From NCBI GenBank assembly GCA_023515725.1, contig JALDTO010000266.1, positions 2,436,217-2,500,216 on the forward strand: 64,000 bases of DNA, given 5' to 3'. Under the pieces are notes generated by a model. That model ran no database searches. It had not been told where the DNA came from and was given only the letters and a program-made list of their open reading frames with translations. Source of the DNA: Amoeboaphelidium protococcarum X5. Taxonomy: Eukaryota > Fungi > Aphelidiomycota. This document shows positions 55,470 through 64,000 of this stretch, in pieces. The translations under genes were made by a program, and so were the position numbers. Within the stretch, counting starts at the first letter, position 1; each line of letters opens with the position of its first letter.

Positions 55470-56990
55470 TCCGACAAACATTATATTCGGGCGATAAAAT
55501 TTCTGAGCCATCGGCATTGATGCAGACAGTTTGAGCGCGGCGACGACCAGGCAGTATGTTCTTTACCTTCTTGTGTCGACACTTGGTCATTATTTCATGC
55601 TCCCAGTGAAAATCTGCATGACATAGTGAGTGCTGCTTGCTACTTTAATACTCAGGAATACAGTAATCACTACCAATGCTCTTCTACTCAACTCAAACGC
55701 GAACTTTCTTACTGGAACAGGAGGATTACCACGCACGTGTTTCATGCCAGCATCACAAACGCAATCACCGGATGCTTATCTGGAGGTAGTAAATTGCCAT
55801 AAGATTATCGTAGTTTGCGCTTCCATTTCTATGCAGCTTTACCTCGGCACCGATCACATATAATTGAGACAAGTAGTTTTGGCCGGCCATTACAGATAAA
55901 ATAGATGTAGACAGAATCTCAGACTTTGCGCGTAATCCAGTTTATTATCAATAGTCTAGATGGCCTCCAACAAGTAAAATAGATTTTGACAATGCGTACA
56001 ACTTGTGATCGGGTGCCACATATCATGAAAATGACATTACCAAACGGAGGACTTGATCTTGCATAATCGCCGAAATCGCCAGCTACGATGGAATGATTTA
56101 GGGTAGAAGGCATAGACGTCCTCAAAGTATCTGATGTAGACACCAAGATACTACTGGCTACTGTTTGATTAGGCCATCTCTTACTCCATCAGCGTGATTT
56201 CAGCTGGTTTGATGTACAACAGGTGGGCCTCAAATTCCGTGGTCAAATGCCAGACATTGCCAGTATCCAGAAGATATCCGACCAGTTTCTTTGAACTCCC
56301 TCTTGGATTCTTTAAGCGTAGTTGCACCTTCGACATTCGCCTCATCGCCCCAGACCAGAACGTTCTTCTTACCAGGGTCAATACCAATTAATCTTGTACC
56401 ATCCAAGCGTTACTCTAGATTCCGGCAGTTTTCCTAAGCAAAACCCCAACAGTTACTTGAGACACGTCAGTATTTCGTGCCTTTCTCCGCAGGTCTGAAG
56501 CTTCATAGGCATACGCTATCCGACTTGATAAGAATTAGTGCTTAACGCCCAAAGCTGACCTTAATGTTTGGAGATGTACTTGACACAATCTCCTATTCTC
56601 TTGCCAGGGACCAAACAATTCATCAGCTAGTAATCACTGATAGTTAAGAAAGGTAGTTTAGCCGAGACGACAGGCAATATGGAGCAATACTTGACATCGT
56701 AATGATTGAGTAGCTTGGTACAATGATGAAACAGTTTCAGATAGACAAACCAAAACTTCTTGAATGCTCTTATTCTATAGATAGTTCAGGCTACGCCGAC
56801 GTGCACAGCAACCTTCTACTTCTACTCAGCGATTGCTTCTTTAACCATTGTGCAGAATGAACGCATAATTTTCTTTAATTCAGCCAGATCATTTTATAGA
56901 GCTGCTTTATTAGCCATCAAACAGTAATTAAAATCCTCTTGATCCTACTACAACTCATCTTAAACTTCCTATTCAGTCTGTGGATATAAA
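55470..56990 (-). pseudogene. Degenerate Fanzor1-like (eukaryotic TnpB-family) RNA-guided nuclease gene
   Basis: Motifs in order: CSILPV/PFLTISD; RuvC-I RLIGIDPGKKN (56371-56388); VYAFYPKSFHRSWRFRR; PVIAF(G)DAGMKHVRGNPPVPVRKF (~55700-55770); RuvC-II IPEYQSSKQHSLCH (55618-55659). Several frameshifts and TGA stops. RuvC-III is not visible and the ends are approximate. Confidence 0.8.
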
Positions 56991-57493
56991 CCAAAGAAAA
57001 TTTTATAGTAATATGTTAATTGTATATGCCGTGTGCCTTATGTCTACCATTCAAGGATCAAAAGCCAATGAGTGTGGTGATGGCTTCTTGATCATTTATA
57101 AAAAACTTTGCCAGCTTCGGTTCAGGGGCATACGTTCTGAACATCACTTCCAACACATATACTCTCTATACAGTACTTGATCGCCTAATCTTTGCAACAA
57201 CTGCAGTAGATGTAATTGGGAAAAACTTTTGAAGAAAATCCGCGCGATTTAAACTTCTCAACAGTTGAAACAGCGTACCACGGTGCCATTGTTGGAGAAC
57301 CGCGTAAGTTGGTTTAACATATGCAGAATCAATAAGTAGTTCTCTTACTCAGATGGTAATTCTCAGAGACTAAGACAAGATTATACTTTCGCGCATAATT
57401 GATACGATATATTTCGAATACTAATACTGTGTCTTTGAGATATAAACGTGTTGTTGATGATTAAAATGACATTATAAGATTGAAACAACTGAT

Positions 57494-57577
57494 GGTGGCG
57501 CAGGCAAAATAAGGTGGATGTGGCGCATGCTAAAGTAAGTGGATGTGGCGCATGCAAAATTAAGTGGAGGTGGAGCG
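57494..57577. repeat. Short tandem array, ~25-bp period, ~3.5 copies
   Basis: GTGGATGTGGCGCATGC at 57514-57530 and 57539-57555, with degenerate copies at 57494 and 57564. Confidence 0.85.
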
Positions 57578-57645
57578 ATATAGCTTGGTAGATGTTTGCT
57601 CAGCCGCTTCCTTCTTATCAATACACTAATATAAGACAATTCTGC

Positions 57646-58662
57646 ATGAAGTCTGTTACGCAGCTATTATTTTGTGTGATTATTTTGGCCAAGTTGTGCG
57701 TTTCTCCACCAACTTTGTACGACGATGGAGATGATCTGAGTTTTAGCAAGGAGGAAGAGTATTTGAAGCTGATAATTGATAATGGCAGTGCTTTCTAGCC
57801 ATTCGATGATAATCGCGAGGCTACTGATGACAATGGCATTCCATATACGTACGCTCGTCGTGCCACTTTAGGTGAAATGCACAGACGCTGTGATCCAGAA
57901 GTGCAACAGTAAGATGTCGTGGTGGATGGGTACGTGTTTGAAGATTTGCTGAATGCCAAAAGATACATTAGAGCAAAAATAGCGTACCTGGCAGATATTA
58001 ACAATTCTGAAAAGTTTTAGATGGTCGTAGAAGAACGCGATTATGTCGACGAATATCTGGATAGTTGTCTGCCTGATGGTGCTTTGTAGGTCGGCGTTGT
58101 CAACGCGGCTACAGGAGATAAGGTCAAATTACCGGGGGTGGAGTTTTCTAGGCGCTGGGTGTCCTGGAAAGCGTCCATTACTGTCGACAAGTAAAAGTAC
58201 ACTATTGGATACTTTGACCACTTAATATATGCTGCCTACGCGTATGATCAAGTCAAGAAGAAGCAAGGCGGCAATCCCAGAACAAGCGGTTTGAAGTTTG
58301 CCAATGTTGTTAAAAAGTCCATAGTGCGAACTGCAATTTAACAATCTCAACGAAACATTGATAATTTGTGGGGGTTTTTAGTTCCTACCGCCGAGATTGC
58401 CGATTTATCAGAGTTGCAAAATGATCAAGATGATTAAGAATTGTCTGAGGAAATTGACGCTCTGGAAGCAGAGCTATAAGCGGAAGGGTCATCATTCGAA
58501 CCGTTCTAGGCAGAGGTGCGACAGGGAAATCAATTGCCACAAGAACAAGAGTTTAATCTACGCTCTTTTGAAGATGCACCTGGTCTCGAAGAACGCGTAT
58601 AGGAGCCCAAAAGAACTTGGTTCAGTTTCATGAATCCCTTCAAGAGAACGCGCACTGGTTGA
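57646..58662 (+). CDS. Predicted secreted acidic orphan protein, ~338 aa
   Basis: Signal-peptide-like MKSVTQLLFCVIILAKLCVS followed by a continuous frame to TGA 58660. Confidence 0.72.
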
Positions 58663-58958
58663 TTACTGAATATTGAGAAGCTATTATAGTGCGATTTATA
58701 ATATTTGAGAACCAAAATTTCACTTTAAAAATCAAACCGACTGTAAAGCCTTTTAATAAATTCTATGACCATCTTCGGATTACTTGAATGTCACTATTTG
58801 GCTCTTGGTATCCTTCGAATTGAGTAAGACGATGACCATCAGATGAAGATCTTTATATCACAAAGCATCAGGGTGTCAGACGATAAAGGAACACCATCAC
58901 CCCGTTGAAAGATTCAATGCTTTAAAGAACCTAGGAACATTCTATAGTTAAATTAAAA

Positions 58959-60494
58959 TCACATTTTATTGTATAGATCGAAAAGTTCACTTGCTTAAGG
59001 CACCTTTAAAGTTACGGCAATTTAAAGGTGTTTCAGACCATCCTAGACAGTTTATGACGCGGATTTAACCATCAATGCATCTCCATTAGCACCAATCACC
59101 TCCTGATAAAGGTAATGAATAGCAAGGCACATGGAACTATATGCGTACCCATATGATAACTGAAGCTCTTAATCGTCCTAATCTGAAGCCATTTCCCATA
59201 ATCTCAGTGCGCCTCTAACGTCGTGGGCACATCCCATGCCGCGGTATCTCAGCAGGCCAAGCCAATAAGCAGCGGTCGGAGCCTGTGGAGACAGAGACCG
59301 AGTTAATTGTCTGACTGCTCCAGCCCAGTCACTATTTTGCATCGCTTTAAATGCCTTCTCTATAGTTTAAACATTACTCTAAACTACATCAGACGAATGC
59401 ATTGAGGATATTAACTCGGATTGATCAACCTTTTAGTCTTGCAACTCGTTCATTAGCCGAGTCAGTAGAAGATTTAAATGGTCTTTCACTTATCGATCAT
59501 CATCATCATCGTCATGAAGGTTGTGTGCTTAAGATTTTTACTTGACACCTTATAGAGACTCAATCTCTTCTAAATGATCAGAAATGGTCTAATTATACGG
59601 ATCAAGTTCCTTTGCATCGAGAAGGGATTACTTACAGTCTGAATACCGCTTCGTCTACTGATACACTAGAGCCAATCTACAATGAGCTTTCCACCATTCC
59701 GGGCATAATTCTACAGATTGTTAGGCATCAGAGAAGGCATTCTTTAGCAAAGTCTTCCGATTACTACTAGAAGATTCGCGCTTAACAGTATCATCATCAT
59801 GTGCATTGACCAACATGGATAATCGCGCCTGAGATCTATTAGAATACAAAACAGCCAAGTCAAAATCATCAACACCCTTCACCATCAATGCTTCAGTATA
59901 AAACACGATCGCCTTTGAAAAGTCTTTATTGCGGAACGCTTAGTTGCCCAATGCTTTTAACTCAACCAATTTTGCAGGTGGCTGATACAAAGCATCGCGG
60001 CATCTAAGTGCATCTATCTCAAGTTCACCTACCCCCAATTACACTAATGCATATTTAGCTTTACTAAACCATTCAGTAAATTCTTTTCTACTAACAGACA
60101 TTTAATGCAGATGTGCCATATAATTCCGTAAATCTCTAATCACTAGAACGTGCCGTTAATCATTCGCTGATGCATCATCTATCTACGGAGCATTGTCTTT
60201 AGATTGAGTACTGGCACACATTGACAAGATCAATCCACAAATCAGAGTAATGTCCCATTAATCTAAGTTCCCGCTGATAAGTAGATCGCGCTGATCTCTG
60301 TGCAGAGATTTGGTGTAAGATTTAACTTGCGCATCGTCAAACAGACGCCTACATTTGTTGTCATCATCTGGCGACCATTATATACCAAAGTACTCAGCGT
60401 ATCGCTTCTCAAACTACTCTCTCAGCACTGGTAGACTATAATCATGAAGCAGCTTATTCAATAAAATGTAATAGTTGTTATTAGCGGTAGTCAT
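58959..60494 (-). CDS. HEPN (DZIP3-like)-TPR-SEL1 protein, short paralog, ~511 aa
   Basis: WDITLICGL...IRDLRNYMAH (60111-60128), TPR LKALGNQAFRNKDFSKAIVFYTEAL...LYSNRSQARL and SEL1-like YWLGLLRYRGMGCAHD. Confidence 0.82.
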
Positions 60495-60682
60495 TTATAA
60501 AATCAATCAATCAGCTTCAATATCTTGAATAGAAATCAAAGGTAAAGTAGATGCACTCTTCCGTGATGGTGAAAGAAAAGCAAGCTGCCAATGACAGAAG
60601 TAAAATAGCATGGATATATAATTTATTAAATTTCATTTCGATATCCACGCCATTGTCATTAAATTATAAGAGTATCTTAAGG

Positions 60683-63600
60683 TCAGTAGATTCTGCTGTA
60701 GAGAGAGCAAAGTTCATTATGTTTCAACTCTTTCCAGTCCATCAATTGACATTCGCGCGAACAATAGGTGGCCATCTTGCACTTGGAGCACTGCTTTACT
60801 GCTTTCAATTCAATTCCACAACAGCAGCATACTTGCACCTGACCGATAAAATCTATACTACTAGGGTCGTCCACGCGAATTCCAGTCTAACCATCAGCGA
60901 ACATGCGACAAAACGGTTCGTTGATGACAATCTATGCGCCAATCTTGAAGTGATTTCTTAACTAGTCTGGCACGTTATAGCAGGTAATGAGGCATAAATC
61001 CCCATTTTGATCAACAATCATCACAGGAAGTGACGGCGTATGCACATTGTTAACATCCAGGATAGTGGCAGACAGACGACAGCCCTTCATAACCTAATCG
61101 CGGTTAAACGACATCTCTCTCAAGGCGACCTCTTTTAAATTACTCTTACTAATGGTGCGATTCTCATTCTATGGCGCTTTAAAACTAAAATCTGTTTTGT
61201 ACACCTTGCCAGAAATTTTTGCCACCACAGATAGATGATCCCTAAACTTTTTGAAAATTTGTTTGTTTACAATACCAAGAGGTCTTTCAGACGGTTAGGT
61301 GGTAGATGAAGAAGCAGACGTTGTAGATTGGCCAACAGATGAAGATCCATTCTAGCTTTTTACTTATTTTTTCGCTTTATCAGAAGATGAACCGTTTTTC
61401 AAGTCATACATCAAGTCAAGCGTGCTCTTTGCCGTACTCTCATAAGGCAAAAATATTGGCAACAGACGCTTCTCCAGCACTTGTCCTTTCAGATACCACT
61501 TGCGAGCACTCTCACGATCCCCCTCTTTATCCAAATATAGCAAAGCGAGATTGTAACAAACTTCTGGTGATTTACGATGATCATAAGGCGCAAGTTTGAG
61601 AAATAGTTCAGCCTTTTCCACGTAACTGCTCATAGGTATGCCGTCCACCGCGCGCATACACGAGAACTAATCAAAGACACAAGAGAAGCTATCTTCACCG
61701 ACTAGCTCACATGCTTTGTTGGCATCCCTTAGAGCATTCTCATACTTGCCACTCAGAAAGTTGAGAACCGCTCTCTGGCCATACAATTTCCCACCCTCAG
61801 CCGGATACTTGGCAATGTAACGAGTACACATGGACAACGTGCGAGCAACATCAGTAAAGTTGAAGACGACATTACATGCCGCAGCCTTCCCTTGGAATTC
61901 TGAGCTCTTACTCTTTGTAAGCACTTCCAACAATATCTCACTGAATTTCTTCTTCAAATCACCGAAAAATGTGGCCACAATCTCAGTTCTAATGAAGCAC
62001 TAGTACAAGTTCTCCGTAATCTCCTCCTTCTGGCTCATGGATATATCCTTGACATTCTTATACTTGAATACTATAGTAGCAGCATCCCAAAAGAACAAAC
62101 TAGACTCGAGAAGAAATTTACCAAATTCGGACCCTTTCACAGCATACTCATTCAATTTATCTGGATGATACTAGAAATCCGCAACATTGCTCATTTTCTC
62201 AAGACCAGCTCCAGATGAGTTAAGACTGGATTCACGAAGAATTGAAGTCAACTTGTTCAGAGTCTCAATGTCAGTTGAAGTGACTTTCTTCTTCATATCG
62301 CGACATTTATTCATGAAAGACTTCGCCTCTGTGATGGCCGGTACAAACATCAGTGCTACCGCCTTCTTATGGTACATCATCGCGTCATCAAACTTCCCTT
62401 GCTCCAGACTCAAGTGGGCAAGAGCATGAACGGCTTGAGGATAATCAAGTCGAGCCGAAAACTAAAGCAACTGCATGGCTTTATCCTGATCTTTAGGTAC
62501 GCCCTGGCCATTCATGTACATCTAGGCCAGATTAAATCCAGCCGGTGAGTATCCATTATCTACAGCCTTCTGGTAGCACATAATTGCATCTGCCATATCT
62601 TCAGACACTGGCCGAGTGCTTCCGATCCTATGGTCATAATGAACACCAAGTGCAAATTGAGCATCAGCTACTCCATACTTTTTACCAACACGACCATTAG
62701 GATTCTCAGCAGCACACTATTTGAACAATCTCACCGCCTCCCAGATATCATGCTTAGTGCCGCGGCCCCAGTACTTACAGAATGCAACTTTATACGCCGC
62801 CTCTGGACAAAACTTAATCTTCAATGCTTGGCAGTACAGTCTATAAGCCTTGTGGAAATCATTTTCAACTTCGAAAGCCTCATAAGCCTGACTAAGAAGT
62901 TGCTCCCGCTAGCCCTTTCTAAACACTCCCAAATTTGGCACAAATCCAAATCTCTCTTAGAACTCCTCCTAAAATTCTTCCATAGAAACTGCAGTAGCAG
63001 CAGACTCCTCATGGAATCCGTATTACTCTTACTACTTCAAGATTTAGACCACTGCTTTCTCATGCAAAATATCTTTATCCTGTTGTTAATTAATAGCCAG
63101 ACACATGTTGTACGACTCAATAGATGCATCGTACTCTTTCTTCCTCATCTATGCTCTACCAAGCACAAGGAACGCTTATGCGAAGTCAGGATTTAGCTTC
63201 GCAGCACGTTTACCATCCTTGATTGCCTCATTTAACCTGCCGACATCAATATACGCCTGACCGCGTTAAGTCAAAATATATGCCAAATCCTTATCAGTCA
63301 AGTCTCCATTATCGATAATCTGACTAAATACTTTGATTGCATCCTTGAAATCAAACGACTCCATAGCCTCTAAACCAGCTTTAACTTATGCTTAGACTTG
63401 AGCAGAGCACTCGGGAAATAGCGCCTGTGATGATGACTGTCCTTGGATTGATAAATCAATGTCAGCCTACGTCTGACCAAGCTTTAACAAGGCTGAAGTT
63501 AAAGTAGACAGGTGGGCTTTGTAAGAATCATCCTGCACAACAAGGGAACTCATATGAACCAGAGCATTACGAATATCGCGAATAGATTTAACAGCATCCA

Positions 63601-63889
63601 ATTGATCGCCAGTCAACTTTAACTTCCAAGGAAACTGAAGCAGGACTAAGCAGAGAAGAGAGACATCCCAGAGCATAGCATTTCCACTCTCAATCTTGGC
63701 CTTCTAATCTGATCTCAAAGAAGACATGAATGCAGCATTATGAGCATAAGCTTTAACGACTTTCTTCTAGTCCAGAGAGGATTGCCCAAACTACTCCTGA
63801 TGCTTACTTCCAAACAATCTTCTCAGAGCCTAAATACCGTTCTCATTAATCAGTCTAGACAGATTATAGTAGTAACCAACTTGATTCAT
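60683..63889 (-). CDS. HEPN (DZIP3-like)-TPR-SEL1-TPR-zf-MYND protein, ~1068 aa
   Basis: WDVSLLCLVL...IRDIRNALVH (63554-63571), TPRs, several SEL1 repeats (FNLAQMYMNGQGVPKDQDKA) and MYND CCCCGIELKAVKQCSKCKMATYCSRECQLMDWKELKHNELC. Five track ORFs share one frame. Confidence 0.87.
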
Positions 63890-64000
63890 ATTTGATGATG
63901 CCTTTATAATGTGATATTAGTTACTAGGAGTGAATACGTAAGAGTAGTTTAATAAAAAGTTGAAAGTAACTGTACAGGTTTGAAAGAGAAGAAACGCGTA

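Noticed and set aside
57494-57577. CRISPR-like array next to a RuvC nuclease relic
   Set aside because: The linkers are only ~8 nt and similar to each other, there are too few units, and the context is eukaryotic. It is a tandem repeat.
58760-58900. Minus-strand peptide-like fragment (AL*YKDLHLMVIV) reminiscent of recombinase-like families
   Set aside because: Too short and interrupted to support a call.
59001-59030. 10-bp inverted repeat CACCTTTAAA..TTTAAAGGTG
   Set aside because: It lies inside a coding sequence, is short and AT-rich, and is compatible with chance.
62630-63196. Long plus-strand track ORF (188 aa), and similar ones at 25320..25832 and 31663..32100
   Set aside because: These are antisense shadows of well-supported genes on the opposite strand.

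Overview
Compact eukaryotic (opisthokont, fungus-related) nuclear DNA with about 35 genes. It uses a non-standard code in which TAA and TAG encode Gln and TGA is the only stop, so the supplied ORF track fragments almost every gene. The gene models below were re-read by hand with that code. The code plus the gene set suggests an aphelid such as Amoeboaphelidium protococcarum (inference). Housekeeping genes: FIS1, PGAP1/BST1, RFC small subunit, ARFRP1, LSM3, RNF126-like, FCHO/Syp1, PH-RasGEF, NHP10-like, PEX10, EAF3, TRM8, SRP receptor alpha, ATG12, STRAD-like, MTHFS, BORCS5-like, RAD50, PDK. These are interrupted by three accessory zones. (1) 8.7-13.4 kb: a bacterial-type AAA-ATPase/PD-(D/E)XK gene, a 785-bp PIF/Harbinger element and a pseudogene. 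(2) 44.3-47.6 kb: two identical tRNA-Pro(TGG) genes bracketing tyrosine-recombinase-like and LTR-retrotransposon relics. (3) 55.3-63.9 kb: a degenerate Fanzor1-like RNA-guided nuclease, a secreted orphan, and a tandem pair of HEPN-TPR-SEL1(-MYND) genes with intact RNxxxH motifs. Other oddities are an ATG12 lacking the C-terminal Gly, a CRIB-Ste20 kinase with a C-terminal transmembrane helix, and a D-Ala-D-Ala-ligase-like enzyme. All family assignments come from manual motif recognition, not database searches.
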